A stretch of DNA of 62,927 bases, counting the filler, from Stramenopiles sp. TOSAG23-3 (taxonomy: Eukaryota), in NCBI GenBank assembly GCA_900128585.1. It is 11 parts of 11 records of this genome, joined end to end, with 100 filler letters (N's around TTAATTAATTAA, not from the genome) between each part and the next. Parts side by side here need not be neighbours in the genome. Positions count along the whole stretch, not along the records: positions 28,702 to 34,328 come from LT643469.1; positions 34,429 to 40,052 come from LT643470.1; positions 40,153 to 45,773 come from LT643471.1; 8 more parts are not named here. The stretch is one strand, 5' to 3'. Each line of letters starts with the position of its first letter. Position 1 is the stretch's first letter. Below are positions 32,694-44,128 of the stretch, in pieces. A model generated the notes under the pieces. It saw nothing but the letters and a program-made list of their open reading frames with translations. It made no database searches and was not told where the DNA came from. Both the position numbers and the translations under genes were made by a program.

Positions 32694-33890
32694 TCACTTC
32701 ATGCCGCTGGTGTTTAGGTATTCGTAAGCGCCAGTCCCGCTTTGGTTACGGAATAGCGCGGACCGGTCCGACCCGAGGCTGGACTCTCGGTTTCCAAAGG
32801 ACCCCTTTGACCGCGATAAAGTGCTGCTGTGCAAGGCTTCCGTCGAATCCGTGATGGAGCTCGTATGGACATCGTTGGAGCCCATGGACTTGTGCCGTTT
32901 GTACGCTCTCATAAATTCCTCATGGTTTGGGTTAGAAGCAAGTGGGTCGGGTTTGTACGGCTGGTCGTACTCCCCATCGGTTCTTCTGGCCATTCTAGTT
33001 GGGACGTAGCCCAAAGGTTGGAAAGCACGAGGTTTGTTCGGGGCAGACCTTTGCTGAGCCAAGGCGTCTTCCATCTTTTGCTTCAAAAGTTGAATGGACC
33101 TCCGTTCACCGTGGAATTCGTTCAACCGCTTTTTCTTGTAAATGTCAAAATTGTTTTTATCGTGCTCAAAGGCCTTGACCTTACGTTCGAACTCCTCGGC
33201 TTTGGCATTCCCGCTGCCCGCCCCCTCCGTTTGGCGCAGGAGGCTCTGGTACTTTGAATCCAGGTCGGCATACTCGTTCAGGTACGTCTCTCGTTGGCGC
33301 TGGAAACTCTCCTTAATAATGTCTTCGTTCGCAGCCATTTCTCCCTTCAAGCGAGCCACTTCCGTTTCCATCCTGGACATCGCGGAGCTCGCCATGCGGG
33401 ACTGTTCTTTCTCGACCCGCAGCTCTTCCTGGAGTTCCCCCAGTATCTTCGCGTACGACTTCACTTTTGTCTCCTCTTTAAAACGATTTTGCCTCTCCAT
33501 CTCGAGGAGCGCCACGAGTTTGTCGTTGTCCACGAGTTTTCCGTTCCGCTTTGTCGCATTTTCCAACTGTGCTTCTAGTGTGGCCACTTTGGCCTGCAGC
33601 CCCTGTTTCTCCTGTTCTACCTGCTTGAGCATGTCGATGATGACGTTGGTGGTGGACGGCGACTCCATCGCCTCCCCAGTGCTCTCGTGGAATATAACCT
33701 TGGGAAAAAAGTCGGCCTTACCCTTTTCTTCCTCTTCCGTGCCGTCCAAAAGAATGACGGCGGGCGAAGTGTCTACGCTTTCAGCAGCCTCGGCGTATGC
33801 GTCTTCGGTACGCGTACCTGTTCCGATATCTTTCGTTTCAGAAATGAATCCAAAGTTTAATGCTTCCTGCTCGTTCAACACAGAGGACAT
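32694..33890 (-). CDS. Coiled-coil protein, function unknown
   Basis: 398-aa ORF starting at the AT-to-GC boundary, with a heptad-rich core. Confidence 0.75.
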   Translation of the reverse strand: MSSVLNEQEALNFGFISETKDIGTGTRTEDAYAEAAESVDTSPAVILLDGTEEEEKGKADFFPKVIFHESTGEAMESPSTTNVIIDMLKQVEQEKQGLQAKVATLEAQLENATKRNGKLVDNDKLVALLEMERQNRFKEETKVKSYAKILGELQEELRVEKEQSRMASSAMSRMETEVARLKGEMAANEDIIKESFQRQRETYLNEYADLDSKYQSLLRQTEGAGSGNAKAEEFERKVKAFEHDKNNFDIYKKKRLNEFHGERRSIQLLKQKMEDALAQQRSAPNKPRAFQPLGYVPTRMARRTDGEYDQPYKPDPLASNPNHEEFMRAYKRHKSMGSNDVHTSSITDSTEALHSSTLSRSKGSFGNRESSLGSDRSALFRNQSGTGAYEYLNTSGMK

Positions 33891-34169
33891 TTAACAAAAT
33901 ATGAAATGGAAATGCAAACAAACCGTTTTATATTCTTTTATTGCTTTTGTGTATAATGTGTAATGTCGATGCATTCTCTTTTTAAAAATATATATTATGT
34001 ATCTTTTCTATATATGCATCATTTTATTATTATCATATTTATTTGTGTTTATTTTTATTATGATGGATGGATGGGATGATGGATGGATGAGATATTATTA
34101 TTATATTGGATTTCTCCATATTTTATTATTATTAATACCAAGTATTATTATTATTATTATTATAAGAAA

Positions 34170-34328
34170 AGATCCTTTCTCTCTTTTTCTTTCTTTCTTT
34201 CTTTCTTTCTTTTTTTTAGATTTCTTTCTTTCTTTCTTTCTTTTTTAGATTTCTTTCTTTCTTTCTTTCTTTCTTTCTTTCGACTCTTTCTTTCTTTCTT
34301 TCTTTCGACTCTTTCTTTCTTTCTTTCT
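34170..34328. repeat. (CTTT)n-like microsatellite at contig end
   Basis: Directly visible in the sequence. Confidence 0.85.
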
Positions 34329-34428
34329 NNNNNNNNNNNNNNNNNNNNNNNNNNNNNNNNNNNNNNNNNNNNTTAATTAATTAANNNNNNNNNNNNNNNN
34401 NNNNNNNNNNNNNNNNNNNNNNNNNNNN
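34329..34428. other. Artificial contig linker
   Basis: N44-TTAATTAATTAA-N44. Confidence 0.98.
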
Positions 34429-34901
34429 ACACATTAGAATACAAAATGAATAAAAGGGTTGGTTTCCAAAATAATTTTAAAATGCGACATGAATCACTTG
34501 GATTATAATATATTATTAAAAAAAAAATGTTAGGTTTTTTATAATAAAATATTATTATTTTATTATTATTATTATTGATGATGATATTTATTATTTAGGA
34601 GGGGAGAGAAGAGAGTGGGACGAAGGGGGGGAAGGAGGGGAAGGAGGAGAGGAGGAGGAAGGAGGACCGAGGACCGAGGAGGGAGAGAAGCATTTTTATT
34701 ATTAGTGCCCAATAATATATTATAGCTATTAATGTACGTACGGAACACATTGCATATCATAAGAATAAGAAAAGAGGTTTATAAAACAATCCATAAACCG
34801 ACATGAATGGGGTACTGTGCAATTGGTGGGAGAGTGAAGACATATTGCTTCGTGCTACGCATTATAATTGAAAGGACCATCTCCGAAGTGTACTACTGCA
34901 A

Positions 34902-36944
34902 ATGACTACTCTGGCTACTCCGCCCTCCTCCGCGGGAGGAGGAGGGGGTGGGGGGACAGAGGACCGTGGGGACGAACGTGCGCCCGTGCAAGCGATAGAG
35001 GCCTTGGCCATTGGTGATGATCCTGGCCGAGCTCCGCTGCCTGAGACTGCAAGCCTAGACGCTGCATTTGTGAAGTTAAAGCGAGGGGTCCGTGTCCTTA
35101 AATCGACGACAACGGCGAGTTCACACTGGAGAGTCTTCAAGCTGTCAGGAGACTGCAAGTCAATTACTTGGAACAGCAAAGGGGCCGAGCGCGAAATTAA
35201 AGTAACCGACGTGAAGCGTATCGAGAAAGGGAGCAAAAGTGGGAACAAAAAGTTCCCCTTGTTGTTCACAACGACCGACAGGACCATAGAGGTGGCGTGC
35301 TCGAACTCCGAAGACCAGGAGGACTGGTTGAAGGCAGTCGAGTACCTAATCGCCAACCCAAACTTCTCAGATAGACACTCGAGCGGCAGCTTTAGTAGTA
35401 GTGGGATGTGCGACGTGTACACGTGGGGGTTCGGTGGGTTTGGCCAGCTCGGCCAAGGCAACACATCGGACTGTCGGAACCCTTCCATCATAAAGTCCGT
35501 CTTGGGTAAAGAACCGAAACTTATCGCGTCTGGCCTGGAGCACCTCGTCGTCGTGACCGATGGGGGGACTATGTACGGTTGGGGAAACAACGGAAGCTCT
35601 CGGCTGAGCGGAAAAACGAGTGCCATGGCAGTCATAGACGAATTTTGTGACACCGCTGGAAACAACGCCTTTGTCCCAAGCAGCAAGGCCGGATTGGACT
35701 CCCTTTGTAGCAAACCAAAGGTTTCCTTGGTCACCTGCGGGGACTACCACTCCATGGCGATCGTTGGCGGGGAAGTGTACGCGTGGGGGGCGAACACGTT
35801 TGGCCAACTGGGGCTCGGGGAAGGGCTTATGGGCGACCAAGCGACGCCTAGGAAAGTGGACACCTTTGATGCGTCCTCTGATTCTACGTTTGCCATCGGC
35901 GTAGCGTGTGGGGGCATGTTCTCCACTGCTTTGGCCGAAGACGGCGCATTTTATACTTGGGGGTGCAACTCGGAAGGCCAGCTTGGCCATGGGGACCGGA
36001 ACGACCGCTGGGATCCCACGATTGTGAACGCATTGTCGGACGGCGAAATGCCGGTCCGAGATGTTGCGGTCGGCGACGAGTTTATTGCGGTAGTCGCAGG
36101 CGCAAGCGAGAGTTTGTTCACTTGGGGATCCAACGTCTGCGGCCAGCTCGGCCACGGCGATTTTGGTACAAGGCTGCACCCAACGCTAGTGCAGCAAGTA
36201 GGAGCAGTTTCCAAAATCGCTGCCGGATCGGCCCACGTCTGTGCAGTCATCGAGATAGAGGCGGTCGGCAAAGCTTTGCATACCTGGGGCTGTGGGACCT
36301 CCGGGCAATTGGGCCACGGGGTTCTGGGGGAGTCGAACCTGTCGTCTCCGCGGAAGGTCGATTCGAATGTACTTAATGAGCGGCCTATAACTTCCATGTC
36401 GTGTGGTGCTAACCACACCGTCGTTGTGGTTGGGGAGGACCTCTTCGCATGGGGAAATAATGAGTGGGGACAACTAGGTACTGGGGCTAGCTCGGATGGG
36501 AGCGCGGGGGCCAACCTTGGCGCTGTTGCGGGGCGAAAACATAGTCAGATCACGAAAGGGAACGTCGCCGCGCACGTCGTCAACGAGCCCAGAGCTGTAG
36601 TGTTTAAAGATAAGGACGGCAAAAGCATTAAGAAACCGGTGCATGCTGTTGATTGTGGGGGTCGCTTTACGGCCGCCCTTGTCAGTAGAGCGGTCGGGTC
36701 GAAGGGTTGGATCGGGGACGAAGAAACGGCGACGTGTCTGAACCCTCTGTGCAAAGGCAATCGCCTCGGCAAACCGGCAGTATTCAACATGTTCACCAGG
36801 AGGCACCACTGCAGAAATTGCGGCGGTGTCTTTTGCGACGCTTGCTCGGAGCACCGCATCAAACTAGACATGCTAGGGTACACGAAGAAAGTGAGAGTGT
36901 GCAATGATTGTAAGGAATTGTTCGTGAAAGGGATTATATGGTGA
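34902..36944 (+). CDS. PH - RCC1 repeats - FYVE domain protein (PRAF/RLD-like architecture)
   Basis: PH: LKRG..FKLSGD..ITW...EDWLKAV. About 7 RCC1 repeats (YTWG....GQLG.G). FYVE: WIGD..C..FNMFTRRHHCRNCGGVFCDACS..RVCNDC. Confidence 0.92.
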   Translation: MTTLATPPSSAGGGGGGGTEDRGDERAPVQAIEALAIGDDPGRAPLPETASLDAAFVKLKRGVRVLKSTTTASSHWRVFKLSGDCKSITWNSKGAEREIKVTDVKRIEKGSKSGNKKFPLLFTTTDRTIEVACSNSEDQEDWLKAVEYLIANPNFSDRHSSGSFSSSGMCDVYTWGFGGFGQLGQGNTSDCRNPSIIKSVLGKEPKLIASGLEHLVVVTDGGTMYGWGNNGSSRLSGKTSAMAVIDEFCDTAGNNAFVPSSKAGLDSLCSKPKVSLVTCGDYHSMAIVGGEVYAWGANTFGQLGLGEGLMGDQATPRKVDTFDASSDSTFAIGVACGGMFSTALAEDGAFYTWGCNSEGQLGHGDRNDRWDPTIVNALSDGEMPVRDVAVGDEFIAVVAGASESLFTWGSNVCGQLGHGDFGTRLHPTLVQQVGAVSKIAAGSAHVCAVIEIEAVGKALHTWGCGTSGQLGHGVLGESNLSSPRKVDSNVLNERPITSMSCGANHTVVVVGEDLFAWGNNEWGQLGTGASSDGSAGANLGAVAGRKHSQITKGNVAAHVVNEPRAVVFKDKDGKSIKKPVHAVDCGGRFTAALVSRAVGSKGWIGDEETATCLNPLCKGNRLGKPAVFNMFTRRHHCRNCGGVFCDACSEHRIKLDMLGYTKKVRVCNDCKELFVKGIIW

Positions 36945-37270
36945 TACGAGTGTAATAACATACTAACCAAAGATTTGGCTTCTTGTTATATTATTATAAT
37001 ACCAATTCATGGGTTTTTATATTATTAATAATATAAACACAGCATCAGCATATAATCTATTTTGTTTCTTTTTTTTATTCATAATTAATAAAAAAAATAA
37101 AAAATTACATTTATTATATTAGACTATTTATGATATTATTTTAATATTATACCAAAAGCACTGCGAACTGAAGAACTCTTCTGGTGTGGTATGTATTTAA
37201 ATTGACTTATATTAAAACTAAGCCTCTCCCAGGCGCTCGCTTGCCACATCGGTATGGTCACGATAAACGG

Positions 37271-38320
37271 TTAGCACCCATCCCCCAAGCAATCTACTTC
37301 CCGCGTCACATTGCCATTACCGTACACCAAATCTCGCAGCCAGTCAACAAACGAGATGTTTTCAGAAACTACGTTGTACATTTCATCACTTTCTGTTATG
37401 ACGTGGATATTGCTGGGGGAAACGAAGCTCGCGTAATTGTCCAGGTTATCGGCCTTTATACCGTTGTGGACGAGAGCAATCGCATTTCGAAACGCTTTTT
37501 TCCAGTTGCACTTCTCGGCACCACAGCCTTCAAAGATGTAAAATGACGTTTGCACGGGGTCACGGTTTGAGATGTAAGAGGCAAACATTGCTTTGGGGTA
37601 GGTCCTGGCCGTAGCGTTCAAATTGGATGCACTGATATAATCTCTCCAACGCCCAATATCCATTCCTTTGACCCGCCTGTCGTACGACGACAAAGAATCC
37701 CAATTATCAAGGCCCCCGTTATAACCCGCCTCCCCAAACAAGGGGGCGTAGCTGTCTCCCAGGTGGTAGTGCTCAGAATTTGGATACATGTCAAAAATTT
37801 TTGGGGCCCAGACGTAGCTTGCAACGCTCCCGGCACTGCCGCCGGTCACAAAAACCTTTCCGGGGTTGTTTGACACGTTTGTTTTCAGCCACTCCAACGC
37901 AGCCTTTGCATTAACCTGCCCAGCATGGTGAACGCCGTAGCCTGGGGTCTTGTTTCCCATGTGTGCGTCTCCCGTGCAGTAAGGAATGTACAAATGGGAC
38001 CATCCCAGGAATGGATTCCTTGGGTCGCTTTGCGAACGAATTCCTCCCGAGTTTTTTAGACTATTTAGCTCGTCCCTTACACTTACTGTTCTCGTGTACG
38101 TCGGACCTAGACATGTCAACCCACTGTAGCAGCAACCCCCGCCTTCGAACTCTACAATAACATTATTCACAGTCCCCGTCCGCGCCATGTAAGCATACTC
38201 CCCGCCATGGGAACATATTGTTGGGGGGCCAGGCCTGAAAGCCTCCCAGTTGTTCGCACCAGCCAACTCGGCGAGGAGAAAACAGACCGAACAAAGGTAA
38301 GCGTTGCTTTTGAAGAACAT
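37271..38320 (-). CDS. Secreted pectin acetylesterase/Notum-family esterase
   Basis: Signal peptide, FEGGGCC, NPFLGW..YIPYCTGDAHMG, and nucleophile motif TGGSAGS. Confidence 0.88.
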   Translation of the reverse strand: MFFKSNAYLCSVCFLLAELAGANNWEAFRPGPPTICSHGGEYAYMARTGTVNNVIVEFEGGGCCYSGLTCLGPTYTRTVSVRDELNSLKNSGGIRSQSDPRNPFLGWSHLYIPYCTGDAHMGNKTPGYGVHHAGQVNAKAALEWLKTNVSNNPGKVFVTGGSAGSVASYVWAPKIFDMYPNSEHYHLGDSYAPLFGEAGYNGGLDNWDSLSSYDRRVKGMDIGRWRDYISASNLNATARTYPKAMFASYISNRDPVQTSFYIFEGCGAEKCNWKKAFRNAIALVHNGIKADNLDNYASFVSPSNIHVITESDEMYNVVSENISFVDWLRDLVYGNGNVTREVDCLGDGC

Positions 38321-39208
38321 ACTTGCTGCCCCAAAATGGTGGTGACCCCTTCCCTGGTGGCTTATAAAGTATCACCAAAATCCACCGCGAATCTCTGTGA
38401 AAGCACAAAATTAAAACACAAACTAGGCCGTCCATTTTCTCTTCCTCCATACTCTCATACCTTGCACCTACCGTGTACCGAATACCAGTATACCAAGTCT
38501 TTAGAGGTTCGTTACTTCGTTCGTCGTACGGTTATAATTAATATTGATTATTATTTATTAATTATGGCTTCTTCTTCTTTCTTGTTTAGTAGAGGAAGGA
38601 GGAGCGAGGAGGAAGACAGGAAGACAGACTGACTCACTGACTATTTTATGTGGGGCCTATTTTATTATAATGACACTTGGCTGCTGCTGTGGTGGTAATG
38701 ATGAATTATTATTATTATTAGTCTATGAAGAGCTACAGTATATTTAAAAAAAAAAAAAAAATAGAAAAATAATAATAATAATGCTTCTTCCTTTTTTGTT
38801 TTTGTGTTCTCATTAAGCTTAAGCATATATTAATATTATAGTCCTCTATTTTTTAATAAAAAAAAAAAATAAATAATTGAATTTTAATATTTAAAAGGTG
38901 GCTGGTATGTTGTTGTTGTGTTCCTTTATATTTTTTTTAATTAATATATAATACAGTAATAAAATATATTTTTTTTTATTTTTTATTTTTATATATAATT
39001 CTATAATAATAATACTACTCTGCTGTTGTATTTTATTAATTATTTTATTTTTTTTTTATTATTAAAATATTAATATATGGATTTAAGAAAAAAATGATAA
39101 TTGTTGAATGGACCTTGCTTTCTTCTGTATTTTTGTTTTGTTATGTTTCGATTGAAGGCAAAAAATAGGTTAAATAAGTTGTCAAGATTTTTTTTTACTG
39201 CCTTCTTT

Positions 39209-39688
39209 ATGAAAAAACATGAATCAGCTGCAGCCTTACGACGGGAGAGAAACGTAGGCCTTCCTGGAAGATTGACCAAGGGCGCTGGGACGCACTTGGC
39301 GAGCTGGCTTCAGCTGGTGTCGAATGTGTCCGAAGAAGACGCAACAGCGTGGGTCGAATCCCCTCGGCACGAGCGAACGGCGGGGGCGCTTAAAAAAATC
39401 CAAGAATTGCACGGGAAAAAGGCCGGCCACTCGAGCAGGGTAATAGACGCTGCTTTTAGTGGGCAGCTCCTTGCAACGAAGGACAAAAGTTCTATGAGAT
39501 TATGGAGGGCTAGGGATGGAAATTTGCTAAGAGTAATTGGTGCATGCAATGGGAAGAGTGTAGCATTTTCTCCATCTGGGCAGAACATTGTTACCGGCAC
39601 GGTGGGATCGAAGCTAAAGATATGGGGTCCAGCAGGTGGTAGCGCTGTCGGTTGTGGAAAAACAAAGATAACTGCCGGAAAAGCATGA
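39209..39688 (+). CDS. Short WD40-repeat protein or 3' fragment (about 2 repeats)
   Basis: GHSSRVIDAAFS..LLAT..MRLW and VAFSPSGQNIVTG..KLKIW. GC-rich island in AT-rich DNA; start uncertain. Confidence 0.6.
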   Translation: MKKHESAAALRRERNVGLPGRLTKGAGTHLASWLQLVSNVSEEDATAWVESPRHERTAGALKKIQELHGKKAGHSSRVIDAAFSGQLLATKDKSSMRLWRARDGNLLRVIGACNGKSVAFSPSGQNIVTGTVGSKLKIWGPAGGSAVGCGKTKITAGKA

Positions 39689-40052
39689 AGAGAGCCATCA
39701 TCCCCTATAGGATGGGATCTGATTTTTTGAGAAATATTTATAATATTATTATTCTCCACCAGCAGCAGAGTTTTTTTTCTTTCTTGCTGTGTGTGTGTTT
39801 TCAAAAAAAACACATACTGTATTACTGTACTAAAAAATGTATCATCAAGAAGAAAGAAAAAAAAATTGTTGTTGTTGTTGTTGTTGTTGTTGTCTTTTTT
39901 TTAATATTATTGGTATAACAACAGCATCTGATCATCTGTGGTGGTATTATTTGTATGATGTGTATAGTAGAGAAGAAGAAGAAGAAGGAGGAGGAAGAAG
40001 AGGTGGGGTTCGTTCGGTGCGCGCAAGCAGTAGAAGTTTTTCTAATTGTGTT

Positions 40053-40152
40053 NNNNNNNNNNNNNNNNNNNNNNNNNNNNNNNNNNNNNNNNNNNNTTAA
40101 TTAATTAANNNNNNNNNNNNNNNNNNNNNNNNNNNNNNNNNNNNNNNNNNNN
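40053..40152. other. Artificial contig linker
   Basis: N44-TTAATTAATTAA-N44. Confidence 0.98.
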
Positions 40153-40384
40153 TATATATAATACTGTACATAATACTTCTTGCACCTCTCTTTTCGCGAA
40201 TTGGAAAACCAGTTTTGGGGGTTGTATTTGTTCCAATAGCAAAACATTTGAATCGTTTCATTGTCTTCCCAACTTCACTTCCTTGTTTGTGAAGTTTTAC
40301 TAAGAGGGGATTGTTGAAGGACGAAGGAAGGGCTTACTGTATACATACGTATATCCCTGGACCCGTGCGAAACAGTTTCAAAGA

Positions 40385-42466
40385 ATGGCAAGCCTCGTCC
40401 AAGGACAGGGAAAACATTCAGCAAAGATGTACGCGGAAGCCATGGTTCATTTGCGTAGGGGCAGCGAGAATGGCGCAGGCGGGGACTTTGGAAAAGCAAA
40501 TTCGGATTACTTGATAGGTCTGACGTGCCTGATGGACGCTATTAAGATCGAGCCGAGTACCGAGAAACGCGACAACATGAAACATATTATGGAAACATTT
40601 TTGAAACGCGCAGAGCTCTTCAAGAAAGCAAAGGATAGTGGGGTAAGCTTAGGCGGAGGCAAGGCCGTGCAAAACATCTTAGATGAAAAACAAATTGGTG
40701 TCGCAGCATCAATTGAGTCCAAAGAGCCCAACAGTAGCCACAGCCTTGTCGAAAAGCAGGAGGAAAAGGCCGCCACACTCTCCGAGGAAGAGCCGGACGA
40801 GCCACGGGAGCCGCGCCCCGCCCCCGACGTCGTGGCTGCCATGCCGGAGGAGCCGGTCCCCACTCCGCCAGTTCGACCCCCACGCCCCGCACTCTTTCAA
40901 ACGCCAGCTGCAAGCGACAACGACGAAGACAATTTTTTGCTGCCAGAGGTGTTCAGCCCTGCGGCGGAAGAAGTAGAATCGCCCCCGCCAATACCCCCTC
41001 GCCCGCCACACGCCTTGTCGCCTTCCAAAAAGAGGCAGCTTGCCGTGGAAGCAAAGGCAAAGGCAGACGATGAATTGCAGAAAAGTGTTGAAAACGGAGA
41101 AAATAGCTTTAACTCCAGCTGCGCAATCACAGACGATGAAATCATGGCACAGCTGCTTGTAACGGCCCGGCCGTCCCCAGCCCCATCAGCAGACGAAGAC
41201 CCCGTGATTTTGACCGTTCCCGACGACACGAGGGCCCTGTTGAACGCGTCCGACGAGGTCGTGACAACCCCCAGGTCGCGCACTCGCAAAGCGCAGTGGA
41301 GGGACACCCCGGACGAGGACAGACAATCCGGGGTAATCGTTCACGAGGCTAGTAAATCGGGAAAAAAAGAAAGAACCCCGCGGAAAAACAGGCGGAAGGG
41401 TTCCGCTGGATCCTCGGAACGCCGCCTTTCCCGCCGCAAGGGCGGAAATCTAAGGCCCATGCGCTTCACCAATTCCAGCGACACCAAACGAAAGGGCGAA
41501 CTTTTCAAAGAGCGAATGAACTATAATCGACCAAGCGGTGGCAGCCGGCGCAAGGGGAGTTCTAGCAGTGGCGAGACGAAGGTGGGAAAAGAGTTTGAAA
41601 ACGCGGTGCAGGCAGAGATTATGAACACTGACCCGGGCGTTGTGTGGGACGATGTTGCCGGCCTTGTGCTGGCAAAGCAAGCATTGCAAGAGGCGGTTAT
41701 TCTCCCCATGCTTCGCCCAGATATATTTAACGGCATACGGGCCCCGTCGAAGGGGGTGCTACTTTATGGCCCCCCAGGGACAGGCAAAACGATGCTGGCA
41801 AAAGCCGTGGCGTCAGAGTCCAACGCCACCTTTTTCTCTATCTCAGCATCTTCCTTGACTAGCAAGTGGGTGGGAGAATCTTCAAAACTCGTGCGTGCCC
41901 TATTCAATTTGGCGAACAAGCGTGCGCCCGCGGTCGTTTTCATCGACGAAATCGATAGCGTCTTGTCCGCGCGGTCTTCAGGCGAGCACAATGCGGGGCG
42001 CCAGCTGAAGACAGAGTTTCTAGTTCAGTTCGATGGGGCCCGGCAAGAGGAGAGAAAAGGTCATGTTTTGTTTATCGGAGCCACGAATCGACCATGGGAT
42101 CTCGACGAAGCCGTTATTCGGCGCCTAGCAAAGCGCGTGTACATTCCGCTGCCAGACGAAAGTGGGCGTCTTGAGATATTCAAGAGTTTGATGGAAGGGC
42201 AAAACTGCGACATATCGGGATTAGAGTGGGGCAATATCGTCACAGCTACCGAAGGGTACTCGGGCAGTGATTTGAAAGAGCTATGCCATGAGGCAGCTTT
42301 GGGCCCCATCAGAGGTTTTGGCATGCGAATTACGGAGGTCGAAGCGAGCGAGCTCCCACCCGTCACGGTAGAGGACTTCAGAGACGCAATCCAGCATATT
42401 CGGCCAAGTGTGGGAAAAGACGACAAGCGGTATGAGAAATGGACTGAAAAGTTTGGCACCCGATGA
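40385..42466 (+). CDS. SPAST: Spastin-like microtubule-severing AAA ATPase (MIT + AAA)
   Basis: N-terminal MIT-like helices (FLKRAELFK), WDDVAGL..KQALQEAVILP, GPPGTGKT, SLTSKWVGE, FIDEID, LKTEFLVQFDG, ATNRP. Confidence 0.85.
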   Translation: MASLVQGQGKHSAKMYAEAMVHLRRGSENGAGGDFGKANSDYLIGLTCLMDAIKIEPSTEKRDNMKHIMETFLKRAELFKKAKDSGVSLGGGKAVQNILDEKQIGVAASIESKEPNSSHSLVEKQEEKAATLSEEEPDEPREPRPAPDVVAAMPEEPVPTPPVRPPRPALFQTPAASDNDEDNFLLPEVFSPAAEEVESPPPIPPRPPHALSPSKKRQLAVEAKAKADDELQKSVENGENSFNSSCAITDDEIMAQLLVTARPSPAPSADEDPVILTVPDDTRALLNASDEVVTTPRSRTRKAQWRDTPDEDRQSGVIVHEASKSGKKERTPRKNRRKGSAGSSERRLSRRKGGNLRPMRFTNSSDTKRKGELFKERMNYNRPSGGSRRKGSSSSGETKVGKEFENAVQAEIMNTDPGVVWDDVAGLVLAKQALQEAVILPMLRPDIFNGIRAPSKGVLLYGPPGTGKTMLAKAVASESNATFFSISASSLTSKWVGESSKLVRALFNLANKRAPAVVFIDEIDSVLSARSSGEHNAGRQLKTEFLVQFDGARQEERKGHVLFIGATNRPWDLDEAVIRRLAKRVYIPLPDESGRLEIFKSLMEGQNCDISGLEWGNIVTATEGYSGSDLKELCHEAALGPIRGFGMRITEVEASELPPVTVEDFRDAIQHIRPSVGKDDKRYEKWTEKFGTR

Positions 42467-42772
42467 GTAGAAAAGATTCTTGCATTTCTCCAGATTTGAG
42501 CGCGGTGCATTTGCATGTTTTGAAACTGCAAAATCAGAACGTCACACACATTAGTTTTAAAATAAAATATATAATTTAAAATGAGATAACAGAGGTACTG
42601 GTACATACTCCACACTCCTGTTAAATGTAGATGTCAGTGACAACCAAAAAAATATACATAAAACTTTTTAATTTTTTCGCAAATTACTTTATGAATCATA
42701 AACTTTAATAACTTTTCGATTTAAATCTTGATATTAAAAAATATAAAATGGAAACTCTGCCGTTCCCTAGAA

Positions 42773-44128
42773 TCAGTAATCGTCGTCGTCGTCGTCTTCG
42801 ATAACAAACACCCGTTTCTGTCGTTTCGCCGGCCTGTCGTTTGCAGCACGAGCAGTACTGTGGCTCATGCCCTCGACCGCACCCGCTGAATCTTCTGCCG
42901 TATCTTCAGCTTCGCTTCCGCTGGAACCCGATTCTTGTGACGCCCCTGTTTCATACTCCACCTCGTCGTCGTCGACCACGAAATCATCCATGCCATCGTC
43001 GTCCATGTCCCCCTCGTCGTCGTCCAAGCTGTCGCTGGCATCAGAGCCATCGACTTCACCATCACTCAATGAGTCTCCACCACCTTGTGCCCCAATATCG
43101 AACGTCATTTTCATAAATAGATAATGCGAATCCACTTCACAGGGGTGGTGATGCCCTTCGACACTCGCTTCCCCACCAGGACCCGTTTGGTAAATGTAAA
43201 CCATGTAGTTATCAATAGGTTGCCCAGCATCGTCATGGGTTGGGATACCGGTAAATGTAAATGCCGCCCTTCCGTTCTGAACAATACTAGTCGTAGTCAT
43301 CAGATGTACGGACGACTCGCCTTCTCCTTCATTATTTTGCACAATGCATGCCCGCAGGGATTCATCGTGATAGGTGTCGTCTATTAGCTCCTCATCATCT
43401 CCTCGCAAAAGGATTGGGCGCCCACCGGCAGCAACTTCGTCTTCTTCCATTACAATGCACGCCACGCGGAAATGAAGGTCATCCCCCATAGTTACACGTC
43501 TCGGGAACTCCAAAAATGCCAATGACCACTGGTGATGTTCCATACCATCCACTACATTGTTCCGCACGACCCGGACCAACGAGCGGTTGTCCGATAGCTG
43601 TTCGTTTTCAATAAAAGCTTCCAAAACTGTAGAACTTGCTTGCTCTCCGTTCTCCTCAGCAACAGGGTGCTGGCTGCCGCCACGTTCACGGGCTATTAGT
43701 TTTGCCTCCTCCAATTTGAACTTCTCGTCGTGTCTACTATCTTCAAAATCTGGGCCTTTCCCGTTCACGTACTTTATCAAGTCCCACAGTGCAATGTTCG
43801 TTTTAAAATGGCTTGCAGCGACCCTCAGGGGAGCCCGGCAAGTAGGACAAAGACTTCGTGAACTGTGCATGCTGGAGTCAGCGCACGTCAAATTTATGCT
43901 GTACACGATACAGTAGCGGCAAAAGGAGTGCCCACATGGCAGCGTGTACGGTTTGTACATTTCCGACATGCAGATGGGACAATCAATATAAAACATTTCT
44001 TTCTTCTCCTGCTCTGTAACTTCTACACTACCAGATACATGCTTTTGGATGGCGGCGTCGACACTGTCGTCGGCATCGGCCGCCTTCGAAATTTTTATTG
44101 CAGTCGCTTGTTCTGCTTGGTCTGACAT
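42773..44128 (-). CDS. C3HC4 RING-finger protein with acidic tail
   Basis: CPIC..P.TLPCGHSFCRYC...CPTCR, N.ALW, a D/E-rich C-terminus and NLS-like PAKRQKR. Confidence 0.85.
   Translation of the reverse strand: MSDQAEQATAIKISKAADADDSVDAAIQKHVSGSVEVTEQEKKEMFYIDCPICMSEMYKPYTLPCGHSFCRYCIVYSINLTCADSSMHSSRSLCPTCRAPLRVAASHFKTNIALWDLIKYVNGKGPDFEDSRHDEKFKLEEAKLIARERGGSQHPVAEENGEQASSTVLEAFIENEQLSDNRSLVRVVRNNVVDGMEHHQWSLAFLEFPRRVTMGDDLHFRVACIVMEEDEVAAGGRPILLRGDDEELIDDTYHDESLRACIVQNNEGEGESSVHLMTTTSIVQNGRAAFTFTGIPTHDDAGQPIDNYMVYIYQTGPGGEASVEGHHHPCEVDSHYLFMKMTFDIGAQGGGDSLSDGEVDGSDASDSLDDDEGDMDDDGMDDFVVDDDEVEYETGASQESGSSGSEAEDTAEDSAGAVEGMSHSTARAANDRPAKRQKRVFVIEDDDDDDY

Noticed and set aside
29367-36514. 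Long antisense or alternative-frame ORFs (for example 30344-31366, 33142-33894, 34862-35734, 35367-36179)
   Set aside because: Shadows of GC-rich coding sequence with no recognisable motifs.
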